Origin: Clostridiales bacterium
Lineage (GTDB): Bacteria; Bacillota; Clostridia; Saccharofermentanales; Saccharofermentanaceae
Reading direction: 5' to 3'
Length of the DNA stretch: 64,000 nt
NCBI GenBank assembly: GCA_017527865.1
Contig: JAFXPN010000041.1
Location: forward strand, 6,263 to 70,262
The notes beneath the pieces were generated by a model. It was not told where the DNA came from, did no database searches, and was given only the letters and a program-made list of their open reading frames with translations. The translations under genes were made by a program, and so were the position numbers. Positions 25,126 to 35,851 of this stretch are shown here, in pieces; the stretch's first letter is position 1, and every line of letters begins with the position of its first letter.

Positions 25126-26511
25126 TTACTCCAGTATATCCCCTATATCATCAAAGCCTGAGTTCATCGTTACGACCATAACCGTATCTCCCTTCGAGAT
25201 AACATCGGAGCCCGTAGGGATGATGCCCTCGCCGTTATGTCCTATGTAAGATATAAGCGTGTTCTTCTTGATCTTAAGATCCTTGAGGGGGATGTCCGTA
25301 ACCTTGGAATCATCCGTTACATTGAACGTTATGGATTCCGCCCTGGAATCAAACAGGTGATAGACAGTCTCTATGTTGCTTCCGGGCGCTGCCGTCTTGG
25401 CGCGCGCGTAGGCAAGTATCATATCGGAAGTGATGAACATGGGATAGAAGACACTCCCGAGATCAAGGCTGTTGATGATATCAATGAATCCCGTTCTGTT
25501 GATCTTGGTTATGAGCTTTGCCTGGGATATCTTCTTGGCGTGAAGCGCGAGCATAGCATTCTGTTCATCGATACCGGTAAGGGGAATGAATGCATCGGCA
25601 TTCTCTATACCCTCATCCTGCAGAAGTTCGGTATTGGTGCCGTCTCCGTTGATGATGACCGCCTTGGGAAGCAGCTCGTTCAGCTTCTCGCACCTTTTAC
25701 GGTCCTGTTCGATGATCTTTACGGACATTCCCTTCTTGATGAGGATGTCAGAAAGATAATAAGCGGATCTTCCGCCTCCCACGATGATGACATTCTTTAT
25801 CTGATTCGTGGCAACCCCTATGCTCTTAAGGAAGTTCGACTGCTCTTTGCTCGTCGCAACCACCGTGATGATATCCCCCGACTTAAGTTCGAACGAGCCT
25901 TTGGGGATGACGACATCTCCGTCGCGCTCAACGCCGCAGATAAGGATGTTGTTTGTTATCTTAGCGCCGAGATCCGCGATCGTCATCTCATCGAGTATAT
26001 TGCCCTCGGGGATCTTGATCTTCACTATGAGCGCCTGACCGTGGGCAAACGATCTGACTTCGAGGGCGGTCGGCATATAGAGTACGCGCGACATGACCCT
26101 TGCAGCCTCAAGATCGGGATTGATTATCATTGACAAGCCGAGCTTCTCTCTTAAGTATTTGGACTCCTTTGAGTAGTCGGGATTGCGAAGACGGCTGATC
26201 GCGGAACAGCCGGAAAACTGTCTTGCAATGGTGCAGCAAAGGAGATTGAGCTCATCGGATTCCGTAACCGCAATGAGGATATCAGCCTCTTCGACCCCCG
26301 CTTCGGAAAGAGTATGGTAGCTCGCGCCGTTGCCGATGCATCCCATGACGTCGTACATCGACGTAATATCGTTAACTTTGGAAGGGTCCTTGTCTACTAT
26401 GGTTACATCATGGCCTTCAAGGCTTAACTGTCCGGTAAGTGTCGCTCCGACTTTACCTGCGCCGACGATAATGATCTTAAGTCCCGACGGCCGCGTTTTA
26501 AAAACAGGCAT
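25126..26511 (-). CDS. trkA: TrkA K+ uptake regulatory subunit (tandem RCK/NAD-binding domains)
   Basis: 461 aa with two Rossmann motifs (IIIVGAGKVG and VIIVGGGRSA) and TrkA_C-like segments. It lies 3 nt upstream of trkH. Confidence 0.85.
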   Translation of the reverse strand: MPVFKTRPSGLKIIIVGAGKVGATLTGQLSLEGHDVTIVDKDPSKVNDITSMYDVMGCIGNGASYHTLSEAGVEEADILIAVTESDELNLLCCTIARQFSGCSAISRLRNPDYSKESKYLREKLGLSMIINPDLEAARVMSRVLYMPTALEVRSFAHGQALIVKIKIPEGNILDEMTIADLGAKITNNILICGVERDGDVVIPKGSFELKSGDIITVVATSKEQSNFLKSIGVATNQIKNVIIVGGGRSAYYLSDILIKKGMSVKIIEQDRKRCEKLNELLPKAVIINGDGTNTELLQDEGIENADAFIPLTGIDEQNAMLALHAKKISQAKLITKINRTGFIDIINSLDLGSVFYPMFITSDMILAYARAKTAAPGSNIETVYHLFDSRAESITFNVTDDSKVTDIPLKDLKIKKNTLISYIGHNGEGIIPTGSDVISKGDTVMVVTMNSGFDDIGDILE

Positions 26512-26672
26512 GTAAGTAACTCCGCCTTTGCTCCAGGATTGATATCGTATTGATTATAAACCCCATAAACACAAAAACAAAGTTTACAATTTGTTTATCC
26601 CGAACAGGTCGTTAATTAAAGTCCCACCCATTATAATAATTAAAATTAATTCTAGTTACGGCGGTGGGCATT

Positions 26673-27797
26673 ATGGCAAAGAAAGACAAAGAAGATAAGA
26701 AAGAGATAATAGGCGAGAAGGCGAGTCTCTTTGCGCTGATTTTTATTGGTCTTGCCATCATCGCACAGTGGGGATATGTCCACTATAAGGACAATCCTTT
26801 CAATTACCCCTGGGGTTCAAAGACGCTTACCGTTTCCGCGGAAGACCTGAACCTGCTGCCCAATGAACAGCAAAACTATCTCGGCACAAGAGCAGGTCAG
26901 GATGATCAGACCGAACTTATCTATACGACAAACAACATGGATCTTACGGCGGCTTCCGCCTTCTCCATTAGGACAGGCCCCGGTGTTTATTATCAGAGCA
27001 TCGGACGCATGTACTACGGCAGGGATGTGCATGTCATCGCCACATGCAGTGACAGCGACTGGTACATGATCGATTTCTACGGCGACGAAGCATACGTTCA
27101 CAGCGCGTGCCTTTTCGAAGAACTGCCGGAAGTGCATATAACCACAAGATCGGAACCTACGGCAAGAGATCTGACGGCGGATGAACAGGCTGACGGGGAA
27201 CTGCCTCCGGATCAGGATGCGCAGGAACCGGGATCACCCGTAACAGACGGCGATGCCGAAGCAACGGCCACGCCCGTCCCTTCTTCCGAACTCACAACAA
27301 CGCCGGAGCCTACTGTAACGGCTGAACCTACCGACGCGCCTGAACCTACGGAAGAACCCGAGCCCTCACCTACTCCGGAACCGACGGAGGCGCCGACTCC
27401 CACTCCGGCTCCCGCGGCAAGCGCCCCTACAGATCCCGTCATGCTCGAACTGTTCAATCTCGTTAACAACGCAAGGATCGAGAACGGGCTCGCTCCTTTG
27501 AACTGGGACAATGCACTCGCGGTCGATGCTGCTATAAGGGCGCAGGATATATCGCAGGTTTACGGACACACCCGTCCTGACGGATCCGAGTGGTATTCCA
27601 TCGATCCCGATAAGATGTACGCAGAGAATATCGCGAGCGGTCAGTCCACGGCTCAGGAGGTCTTCAACTCCTGGTGGGCTTCCGACGGACACCGGGCCAA
27701 CATGCTGAGGGCAGACTTTACCTCGTGCGGATATGCGGTTTATTACAGCGGCGATGCCGGAAATACATATTACTGGGTACAGGAGTTCGGATATTGA
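26673..27797 (+). CDS. Membrane-anchored SH3b + Pro/Thr/Glu linker + CAP (SCP/PR-1, YkwD-like) domain protein
   Basis: It has an N-terminal TM helix (LFALIFIGLAIIAQ), an SH3_3-like segment (IRTGPGVYYQSIGRMYYGRDVHV...WYMIDFYGDEAYV) and a PEPT-rich linker. The CAP motifs are LVNNARIENGLAPL, GHTRPDG, WWASDGHRANML and YWVQEF. The track starts at a GTG at 26664, but the ATG at 26673 is preferred. Confidence 0.75.
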   Translation: MAKKDKEDKKEIIGEKASLFALIFIGLAIIAQWGYVHYKDNPFNYPWGSKTLTVSAEDLNLLPNEQQNYLGTRAGQDDQTELIYTTNNMDLTAASAFSIRTGPGVYYQSIGRMYYGRDVHVIATCSDSDWYMIDFYGDEAYVHSACLFEELPEVHITTRSEPTARDLTADEQADGELPPDQDAQEPGSPVTDGDAEATATPVPSSELTTTPEPTVTAEPTDAPEPTEEPEPSPTPEPTEAPTPTPAPAASAPTDPVMLELFNLVNNARIENGLAPLNWDNALAVDAAIRAQDISQVYGHTRPDGSEWYSIDPDKMYAENIASGQSTAQEVFNSWWASDGHRANMLRADFTSCGYAVYYSGDAGNTYYWVQEFGY

Positions 27798-27828
27798 CAC
27801 AACATCTGTCATCGCGTAGTATTGCCCG

Positions 27829-29202
27829 ATGATGAAAAAAGATCCCGCATTTACCAAGAAGCTCATATCGCTGATCATTCCGATAACGCTCCAGAACTTT
27901 ATGTTCGCCCTGGTGCCGATATCGGATGCGATGATGCTCGTCACGATCGGCCAGGACACCATGTCCGCGGTATCGCTCGCGTCGCAGGTCGCGTTCGTTC
28001 TCGATCTGTTCTTGTTCGGAATAATCGCCGGCACCAACATGTTCGCGGCCCAGCTCTGGGGCAAAGGCGACAAGCCCGCGATCGAGAGGCTCTTCGGTTA
28101 TGCGGTAAAGATCATCATCCCGGTATCGCTCGTTTTCTTCCTTATGGCTTTATTCGTGCCTCACGGTCTGATGCGCGTCTATACCGATGTCCCGAACATC
28201 ATCGAGATCGGAGCCGGTTATCTTCGCGTGGTAAGTCCCTACTATATCTTCATGAGTTTCGCCATGCTCTTCGAATCACTGTTGAAGAACACGGGGTTCG
28301 TAAAACAAAGCACCGCCATAAGCATCTCCATGGTGCTCATCAACATCGTTCTCAATGCCGTATTCATATTCGGACTTCTGGGAGCTCCCCGCATGGGTGC
28401 GGAAGGCGCAGCGCTCGCTTCATCGATATCGGGAGCCTTCGGCTTCATCAGCTGCACGGTGCTTCTCATCCGCAAGAGCAGCGTTAAGATCCGTCTTGTC
28501 AACATCATCAGATCCGACCCCTATCTTCGAAAAGAATTCTCGCGCTACTCCACCCCTTTCCTTGCAAACCAGCTTTCCTGGGGAATAGGGTTCACGATGA
28601 TATCGGTGATCATCGGCCACCTCGGAGCCGATGCCACAGCCGCCAATTCGATCGCCGCAGTAGTCAAGGATCTTGTATCCTGCTTCTGCTATGCATTAGC
28701 AAACGGCGGGGCTATCGTAGTAGGCAACGAGCTCGGAGCAGGCAATCTCGAGAAAGGCCGTGAATACGGCGGACGCCTTACCAGGCTCACTATCATCAGC
28801 GGGATAATCCTTGGGTTAGCGGCAGCGGCCCTTGCTCCTGTCATCGTTAAGATCGCGAATCTTACCCCGCAAGCTTCGGATTATCTTACATGGATGCTCT
28901 ACATGTGTTCATATTACATGGTCGGAAGATCCATAAACTCTACAGTGATCGCGGGCATCTTCGCCGCCGGAGGCGACACGAGATTCGGCTTTATCTGCGA
29001 TACCATAACCATGTGGGCATTCATCGTTCCGGTCGGGTCACTGGCGGCATTTGTTCTGCACCTGCCCGTCCTTGCGGTGTATTTCATCCTCAACCTGGAC
29101 GAGATAATCAAACTGCCTGCGGTCTATATCCACTACAAGAAATACAAATGGGTCAAGAATCTGGTGGCCGATCCTGTCACCGCCGACGGAGGTTCAGAAT
29201 GA
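27829..29202 (+). CDS. MATE-family efflux transporter
   Basis: 457 aa with 12 predicted TM helices. The N-terminal signature is LISLIIPITLQNFMFALVPISDAMMLV. Confidence 0.85.
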   Translation: MMKKDPAFTKKLISLIIPITLQNFMFALVPISDAMMLVTIGQDTMSAVSLASQVAFVLDLFLFGIIAGTNMFAAQLWGKGDKPAIERLFGYAVKIIIPVSLVFFLMALFVPHGLMRVYTDVPNIIEIGAGYLRVVSPYYIFMSFAMLFESLLKNTGFVKQSTAISISMVLINIVLNAVFIFGLLGAPRMGAEGAALASSISGAFGFISCTVLLIRKSSVKIRLVNIIRSDPYLRKEFSRYSTPFLANQLSWGIGFTMISVIIGHLGADATAANSIAAVVKDLVSCFCYALANGGAIVVGNELGAGNLEKGREYGGRLTRLTIISGIILGLAAAALAPVIVKIANLTPQASDYLTWMLYMCSYYMVGRSINSTVIAGIFAAGGDTRFGFICDTITMWAFIVPVGSLAAFVLHLPVLAVYFILNLDEIIKLPAVYIHYKKYKWVKNLVADPVTADGGSE

Positions 29203-31745
29203 AGAATATCAGGCTTATTTCCGTTATATTATGCGCCGCCCTTCTGGGAAGCTGCGCGCAGGGAACATCCACTGAGGCATCAGCCGACACGGGAAACCCG
29301 GAAGGTATCGTGCAGGATGAGACTTCAGGTCTCGCGGAACAGACATCCGCAGCTGCCGGATCTTCTGATTCCGCCGCAGAAAGAAGCGCAGGCAGTACTC
29401 AGTCCGTCGCTTCATCACGGACCGATACAGGCGTTCTCACCTTCACGGGAAACGGTTACGAAGGCACAGAAGGTACCGGAGACTTCAATTACGGCGAAGC
29501 TTTGCAGAAGTCACTGCTGTTTTACGAACTTCAAAGGTCCGGCGATCTTCCGGATCAGACCCGCTGCAACTGGAGAGGGGACAGCGGTCTTAACGACGGA
29601 TCGGATGCGGGACTCGATCTTACCGGAGGGCTGTACGACGCGGGAGACCACGTCAAGTTTAATCTTCCGATGGCTTATACCGCATCGGTCCTCGCCTGGT
29701 CATATTATGAATTTCCTGAAGCTTACGCACAGTCAGGCCAGGAACAGTATCTTCTCGACGACATAAGATGGATCACGGATTATCTCATGAGATGCCACCC
29801 CGAAGACGATGTCTATTACTATCAGGTGGGTGACGGAAATGCCGACCACTCATGGTGGGGACCTTGCGAAGTCATGACGATGAACAGGCCTTCATACTTT
29901 GTCGACCGCAATAACCCGGGATCTGCAGTCGCGGGGGAAGGCGCTGCCGCGCTTGCGGCGGCAAGCGTTATCTTTGAAGACATCGATGCCTCTTACAGTG
30001 CAGAATGCCTCTCTCACGCACAGAGCCTTTTCGCTTTTGCAAATGATACAAGAAGCGACGCGGGGTACACGGCAGCGGCCGGTTTCTACGATTCGCACAG
30101 CGGATTCTACGACGAGCTTGCCTGGGCCGCAGCCTGGCTTTATATGGCAACGGACGACCAGACGTATCTCGATATAGCCGAAGAGTGCTACCCACAGGCG
30201 TCACAGGACTGCGACTGGGCATTATGCTGGGATGACGTGCATATAGGCGCCGCAGTCCTTTTGTCGAAGCTCTCCGATAACAGCCGCTACGACAATGCAG
30301 TCCGGGAGCACCTCGATTACTGGTGCAGTGATATTACATATACCCCGGACGGGCTCGCATGGCTCGACAGCTGGGGATCGTTAAGATATGCGACGACCAC
30401 CGCGTTCGTCGCAGCCGTCTACAGTCAATATGATTCCTGCCCTTCTGACAGGGCATCCGCGTATTGGGACTTCGCCGAAGCACAGTGCAATTATGCTCTG
30501 GGATCCTCCGGCAGATCCTTTGTCGTGGGATTCGGACAGAACCCGCCCGAACACCCTCACCACAGAACCGCGCAGGGATCTTACTGCGACAATATGAACG
30601 AACCTTCATCCCACCGACACATCTTATACGGCGCCCTCGTGGGAGGCCCTGATGCTTCGGACGGATATACGGATGTAGTCTCGGATTACTGCTGCAATGA
30701 AGTCGCATGCGATTACAATGCGGGATTTACCGGCGTCCTCGCCGCCATGTATTCGAGATACCACGGACAGACACTCGTTAACTTCGGCGCAGTCGAACCT
30801 GCCGGACAGGAATATTCCGTTGACGCCTCGATCAACGCGCAGGGAGACGGCTTCATTGAAGTCAAGTCTGTCGTATATAACATGACGGCGTGGCCCGCCA
30901 GAGCCGCGACAGATGTCGAGCTTCGGTACTTCGTCGACCTGTCGGAGATCTATGAGGCAGGATATGCTGCATCCGATGTGCAGATAACGACAAACTACAT
31001 GCAGTCAGGCCGCGTCGACGGACTCAAAGTCTGGAACGAAGATGCGCATATCTATTATCTGTCCATAGTCTACGACGACGGCGCCCTTTACCCGGGCGGA
31101 CAGTCTCAGTACAGATCGGAAGTCCAGGCAAGGATGACCGGTCCCGCCGGTATATGGGACGATTCAAACGACTTTTCTTATACGGGATTATCTTCGGGAA
31201 ACGGTGATCATCTCGCGCTCTACGAGAACGGCGTGCTTGTATACGGAAGCGAACCTTCCGAAGACGGATCCGGGGCAGGCGCATCTGTACTGCCGGGCAG
31301 CAGCCCGTCAAACCCGGACGGCGCCGCCGGAACCACACCGCCCCCGTCGGGAGCATCATCGGGAACGGCTTCAGCCGATGATCTGTCCGTCAACATAAGT
31401 TATGACAGCAACGGCGGTAATTCGATCTCGGGTTCAATGGTCATCAGCAATACGGGAAACGGATCTGTCGGCTTATCGAACATATCCGTAAGCCTCACAC
31501 TTGAAGATACCGCAGGACTGGTATTCGATTGCTACCACGCAGGGATGACCGGCGCGAACGGTCAGTATTCCGAAGTCACCGGAACGGCCGGCACATTCAC
31601 AGACAGCGCCTGCGTCATAACCGCAGGATCATCAGGGACACTGTCTGCCGGAAGTTCCGTAACCGTTAACTTCTCGATCCACAGGTCCGACTGGCAGAAC
31701 CTCGGTTTCTCAGTTCCCGCGGACGGAGTTGCGGTCGGAAGTTAA
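29199..31745 (+). CDS. Lipoprotein GH9 endoglucanase with CBM3c-like module and additional C-terminal beta-rich module
   Basis: The start was moved to MKNIRLISVILCAALLGSCAQG, which has a lipobox (LGS-C), GGAGG upstream and an ATGA overlap with the MATE stop. GH9 motifs are YGEALQKSLLFYELQRSG, GGLYDAGDHVKFNLPMAY, HHRTAQGS and ALVGGPD...NEVACDYNAGF. These are followed by a CBM3c-like region, a Ser/Gly/Pro linker and a terminal module of about 120 aa. Confidence 0.9.
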   Translation: MKNIRLISVILCAALLGSCAQGTSTEASADTGNPEGIVQDETSGLAEQTSAAAGSSDSAAERSAGSTQSVASSRTDTGVLTFTGNGYEGTEGTGDFNYGEALQKSLLFYELQRSGDLPDQTRCNWRGDSGLNDGSDAGLDLTGGLYDAGDHVKFNLPMAYTASVLAWSYYEFPEAYAQSGQEQYLLDDIRWITDYLMRCHPEDDVYYYQVGDGNADHSWWGPCEVMTMNRPSYFVDRNNPGSAVAGEGAAALAAASVIFEDIDASYSAECLSHAQSLFAFANDTRSDAGYTAAAGFYDSHSGFYDELAWAAAWLYMATDDQTYLDIAEECYPQASQDCDWALCWDDVHIGAAVLLSKLSDNSRYDNAVREHLDYWCSDITYTPDGLAWLDSWGSLRYATTTAFVAAVYSQYDSCPSDRASAYWDFAEAQCNYALGSSGRSFVVGFGQNPPEHPHHRTAQGSYCDNMNEPSSHRHILYGALVGGPDASDGYTDVVSDYCCNEVACDYNAGFTGVLAAMYSRYHGQTLVNFGAVEPAGQEYSVDASINAQGDGFIEVKSVVYNMTAWPARAATDVELRYFVDLSEIYEAGYAASDVQITTNYMQSGRVDGLKVWNEDAHIYYLSIVYDDGALYPGGQSQYRSEVQARMTGPAGIWDDSNDFSYTGLSSGNGDHLALYENGVLVYGSEPSEDGSGAGASVLPGSSPSNPDGAAGTTPPPSGASSGTASADDLSVNISYDSNGGNSISGSMVISNTGNGSVGLSNISVSLTLEDTAGLVFDCYHAGMTGANGQYSEVTGTAGTFTDSACVITAGSSGTLSAGSSVTVNFSIHRSDWQNLGFSVPADGVAVGS

Positions 31746-31771
31746 ACCGCCTGTATTGTTGTCAGCCGGGA

Positions 31772-33253
31772 TCAGGCCAGGATCAATTCTTTAAGCTGAA
31801 CTTTCCCTCTGCCGTGATAAATGAAAAACAACGGCCACGTGCCCGAAGGGATATTAACATCGGCAAAGAATGTGCTCCACTTTGCCTGCGCATCGAATTC
31901 CAGGCGCCCTGCCGGATCCCCGGACACATCCGTAAGTATGTCAACAAAACCGCTGACATCCGACTGATCTTCAGATCTTAAAGTCAGTCCGATCTTATGC
32001 GCTGATCCTTCAAACTTAAAGTACTTATAACCGATAAACGTCCCGTCACCGATCTCGCCGATGAATCTGTCATCACCTTCGTGTGTCACATTCGGAAAGC
32101 TCGTCGTGAAGATCTTATTTGACCCGTGCGGCATGTTGCCGTCCGTAAGATTACAGGCTATGACTGCAGGATATGTCCCGGCGCCCGGAAGAGGTCCGCC
32201 GTTAAGTCCGCAGCTCGTTATCTCGACCTGATCGATACTGCCGTCTTCGTTAATGTATATCTTCTCTGCGCATGCCTGTCTGCTGTAATCCGATTTATGC
32301 GTCAGGCGGTGATAGAATACATACCACTGCCCTTCGATCTCGATGATGCTTCCGTGGGTCGTGCCGGTCATGTTGAGTTTATCCCTGTCAGTTCGTCCGT
32401 TCAGACCTACGTCCCCGTTGGAGACGATTGTCCCTCCGAAGACAAAGTCTTTGTCAGGGAAGTCGCTCGTCGCATAACACAGCTCGTGATTCTGCCTCGA
32501 GGAATAGATGAAATAATATCTTCCGTTTACTTTGCGTATTGAAGAACCCTCGTAAAAAGGATGTTCTTCGAATGATGTGCCCCGCGTCTCATAAGGGATC
32601 ACATGATGAGGTTCTTCCTTTATGGTAAGCATGTCGTCTTCCAGCACGGCCGTAATAGGACCGTTGATGCTGTCCTCATATGACAGGATCTGCTCACGGG
32701 TCCTCCCGAACATCTCCATCTCGGTCTCGATCCCGCCGCCTGTCAGGAAATCGTCGCGCTGCTCAAGATCATACTGCGTGCCGTAATAGATCCTTATGAC
32801 GCCGCCGTCATTCATGACCGCCGGGTCAAAGCAGACATACTTCTTCATCGGTGAGCCGTCTTTTTTACGGACCACACCAAGGTACTCGAACGGCCCTTCC
32901 GGTCTTTCCGACACGGCGACGCTTATCGGATTATGATAACCCTTAACACCGAAGTCATCCGCCATGCAGTAATAAAGATAGAACCTCCCGTCATTGCCCT
33001 GAACCACATCCGGAGCATACAGATATCTGCAGGACGGAAAAAGCGGATCCTGTGACGGCTTATAGGACACGCCCTCGCATCTCCACGAGGTAAGGTCATT
33101 CACCGGAGCTGACCAGACAACATAATCATCCATGCAGTAGGTATATCCGCCCTCCCTGTCGTGAGAGCCGTAAAGATAGACACGGTCACCGAAGACATGC
33201 GGCTCGCCGTCGGGAACATATTCATAAAGAGGAAGGAAGGGATTAAAGACCAT
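31772..33253 (-). CDS. GH43-family glycoside hydrolase (beta-xylosidase/alpha-L-arabinofuranosidase type) with C-terminal beta-sandwich
   Basis: The N-terminus NPFLPLYEYVPDGEPHVFGDRVYLYGSHD is typical of one GH43 clade. Five-bladed-propeller-like repeats include YAPDV and HGSIIEIEGQWYVFYH. Confidence 0.8.
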   Translation of the reverse strand: MVFNPFLPLYEYVPDGEPHVFGDRVYLYGSHDREGGYTYCMDDYVVWSAPVNDLTSWRCEGVSYKPSQDPLFPSCRYLYAPDVVQGNDGRFYLYYCMADDFGVKGYHNPISVAVSERPEGPFEYLGVVRKKDGSPMKKYVCFDPAVMNDGGVIRIYYGTQYDLEQRDDFLTGGGIETEMEMFGRTREQILSYEDSINGPITAVLEDDMLTIKEEPHHVIPYETRGTSFEEHPFYEGSSIRKVNGRYYFIYSSRQNHELCYATSDFPDKDFVFGGTIVSNGDVGLNGRTDRDKLNMTGTTHGSIIEIEGQWYVFYHRLTHKSDYSRQACAEKIYINEDGSIDQVEITSCGLNGGPLPGAGTYPAVIACNLTDGNMPHGSNKIFTTSFPNVTHEGDDRFIGEIGDGTFIGYKYFKFEGSAHKIGLTLRSEDQSDVSGFVDILTDVSGDPAGRLEFDAQAKWSTFFADVNIPSGTWPLFFIYHGRGKVQLKELILA

Positions 33254-33458
33254 ATTATGCTCCTTTTCGAAAAGAAATTAATTGATAAGTCCGGCTATCG
33301 CGTCGGCAAACATAAAGATCCGTTCGCACAGATCATTAATGAAATAAGTGCGAAGCGGAATGAACGTGACGGCAATAAGGAGCATGGACAGAGAGAATCT
33401 TCTGTCATCATTAATGCCCGGTATCTCCGTCTTTTTATCCCTCAAAGAGCCGATATCG

Positions 33459-35798
33459 TCATCCCGCCTTCTTTATCTCATAAAGCCTCGAACCGAAGTC
33501 CGGGAAGTATCTCGTGTTGTCATTATACCCCAATGAAGCGAATCTGGGCTTTAAGTGCACTCCCGCATACATCATCGCATCGCCGTACATCTCATGCGAC
33601 TCGTTCTCCGAATTCATCTTAACGAACTTCGCGAGAATATTATGGATAATGCTTCCCTGTCTGATATGGACAGGCGCGACTGCATTAACAAGGCTGCCGA
33701 AGTCGCGGAGATCATAAGCATGCGTGATATTGCTCAAGCGGTATTTCAAGTCCTCTTTAAGTCCCGCGGGATACAGGATATCCTGGTGCTCATTCGGTGT
33801 TGCCAGCGACTGCATCAGAACCGATACGGCCTCGCTGCCGTCATCCGCCGACACCGTCCACGATAAGATCTTACCGTTGTCAAAAGATGACCTTCTCCAG
33901 AACTTCCCGTACTGCAGAAGCTTCCTGTTCTGCTTATAGAATCCGATCTGCTTCTTAATCTCATTAAGCTCCTCTTTGCTCATGTCGCACAGATTGCACT
34001 CATACCCCGCGACTCCGAATGCCGCGACATTAAACCTCGTATCGAGCGGCGTCCTCCTCAATGTCTGATGATTCGGCACATCCGATACATGACATGTATA
34101 GCACGACTGCGGATAAGCATACGAATACCCGTTCTGAATGATCCCTCTCTGATATGCATCGGTATCATCCGAGGCCCATATCTGCGGGAAATACGACAGG
34201 ATGCCGAGATCGAACCTGTTGCCTCCTGACGCGCACCCCTCGAAAAGTATTTGAGGGAACTTCCCCGTCAATTCATTCATGATGCGGTAAAGCCCGAGTA
34301 TGTATCTGTGAGCGACCTCCCCCTGTCTTTCCGGAGGAAGTGCCGCAGAATATACATCCGTGAAGTTGCGGTTATAATCCCACTTCACATAAGAAATGTT
34401 TGCTGACGAGAAAACATCGCTCATCGCTTTGATGATATAGTCCTGAACATCTTCCCGGGACAGATCGAGCAGCATCTGATTTCTTCCCGTCGAATGTGAC
34501 TTGCCGGGGATCCTCATCGCCCACTCGGGGTGTTCCCTGTAAAGATCTGATCTCTCGCTTATCATCTCGGGTTCGACCCAGATGCCGAAGTCAAGACCAA
34601 GTCTGTTTATCTTATCCGCAAGTCTTTTGACTCCGCCCGGAAGCTTCTTCTCATCGGGGATCCAGTCGCCCAGCGACGAGGTATCATCATTTCTTCCCTT
34701 AAACCATCCGTCGTCCATGACGAACAGTTCGATACCTGCGCTTTTTGCCTTGCGTGCCAGCCGCAGGAGCCTGCTCTCGCTGATGTTAAAGTATGCCGCT
34801 TCCCAGGAGTTTAACAGGACGGGCCGAAGTCTGTCCTTCCATGCGCCGGACACTACATGTGAATTCACGAATTCATGCATGGAATGCGACATCATGTTGC
34901 AGCCCTGCGCCGAATAGGTCATGACGGCTTCAGGACTTCTGAAGGACTCTCCTTTCTCTAATCTCCAGTTAAACCCCTGCGGGTTGATCCCCGTTACAAG
35001 TCTCACCTTGCCGTACGGATTCTTCTGTGCAGAAGTATAGTGATTGCCGCTGTATATGAGATTGATCCCGTACACTTCGCCGTAATCCTCGTCGAAGGCG
35101 CCTCTGCCGATCATGACAAAGGGATTGGCGCGGTTGGAGGATGCCCCTGAAGAAGACGAGTTCACAAGCTTCACCGCTCCTATCTTCTGGACATTCTTCT
35201 CCATCTCACGAGCCCATGCCCCGTTAAAAGTTATAAACGAATAATCCCCGGGATCGAGGTCGAGCTGCATGCTCATGATCTTATCTATCGTAACCGCGTC
35301 CTGCCCGTCATTGATCAGTTCGCACGATCTGGTGATCACATCGCACTCCTCAAACAACGTATAGACCAATATCAATGTAAGATCATTCTCTTTGTCTTTG
35401 AGAAAGATCTTCAGCACTTCCGCATCGCCGCCGTATGAGACCGGAAGATCTCCTTCGCGGGCCTTGCCTTTGGATATCTCATGCTTCGAGAACAGGAAGT
35501 CTGACGTACGGCTGCCGTCGGAGTTAATGAGTTCGACCGCGGGTTCCCTCACATCGCCCTTCCCCGGAGCGCTTATCTCAAGTCTTATATCCTCGAGGGA
35601 GAAGTTCTTATTGTTCTCATCGTACACACTCGAGTTGCCGGGACCAAATTCCCATTGTTCGGAAAGGCCGTCGTCAGAATCCAGCCGGATCTTCCTTCCG
35701 TAGTACAGATGCTCAAGGTGTCCCGACGGCATAACGCGGAACGCATATGTGGTCTTATCCGTACCGAGTATATACAGATTGTCTTTAACGGTGATCAT
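33459..35798 (-). CDS. GH36 alpha-galactosidase
   Basis: 779 aa. Motifs are ELFVMDDGWF, YVKWDYNR (nucleophile region), EGCASGGNRFD and WASDDTDA. Confidence 0.9.
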   Translation of the reverse strand: MITVKDNLYILGTDKTTYAFRVMPSGHLEHLYYGRKIRLDSDDGLSEQWEFGPGNSSVYDENNKNFSLEDIRLEISAPGKGDVREPAVELINSDGSRTSDFLFSKHEISKGKAREGDLPVSYGGDAEVLKIFLKDKENDLTLILVYTLFEECDVITRSCELINDGQDAVTIDKIMSMQLDLDPGDYSFITFNGAWAREMEKNVQKIGAVKLVNSSSSGASSNRANPFVMIGRGAFDEDYGEVYGINLIYSGNHYTSAQKNPYGKVRLVTGINPQGFNWRLEKGESFRSPEAVMTYSAQGCNMMSHSMHEFVNSHVVSGAWKDRLRPVLLNSWEAAYFNISESRLLRLARKAKSAGIELFVMDDGWFKGRNDDTSSLGDWIPDEKKLPGGVKRLADKINRLGLDFGIWVEPEMISERSDLYREHPEWAMRIPGKSHSTGRNQMLLDLSREDVQDYIIKAMSDVFSSANISYVKWDYNRNFTDVYSAALPPERQGEVAHRYILGLYRIMNELTGKFPQILFEGCASGGNRFDLGILSYFPQIWASDDTDAYQRGIIQNGYSYAYPQSCYTCHVSDVPNHQTLRRTPLDTRFNVAAFGVAGYECNLCDMSKEELNEIKKQIGFYKQNRKLLQYGKFWRRSSFDNGKILSWTVSADDGSEAVSVLMQSLATPNEHQDILYPAGLKEDLKYRLSNITHAYDLRDFGSLVNAVAPVHIRQGSIIHNILAKFVKMNSENESHEMYGDAMMYAGVHLKPRFASLGYNDNTRYFPDFGSRLYEIKKAG

Positions 35799-35851
35799 CA
35801 GGCATCTCCCTTCCGTAATATATCATCCCGCTTTTGCCGTGTTAATACGGA

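Noticed and set aside
28890-29198. A 103-codon extension of the GH9 ORF into the MATE gene.
   Set aside because: The extension is Arg/His-rich and overlaps the MATE coding frame. A lipoprotein signal peptide with a GGAGG RBS begins at 29199.
33278-33445. A small hydrophobic ORF (35 aa from the ATG at 33385, or 55 aa from the TTG at 33445) on the minus strand, in the 205-bp gap between GH36 and GH43.
   Set aside because: It has a TM-like core (MLLIAVTFIPL) but no convincing Shine-Dalgarno before either start. It is too short to evaluate without comparative or ribosome-profiling data.
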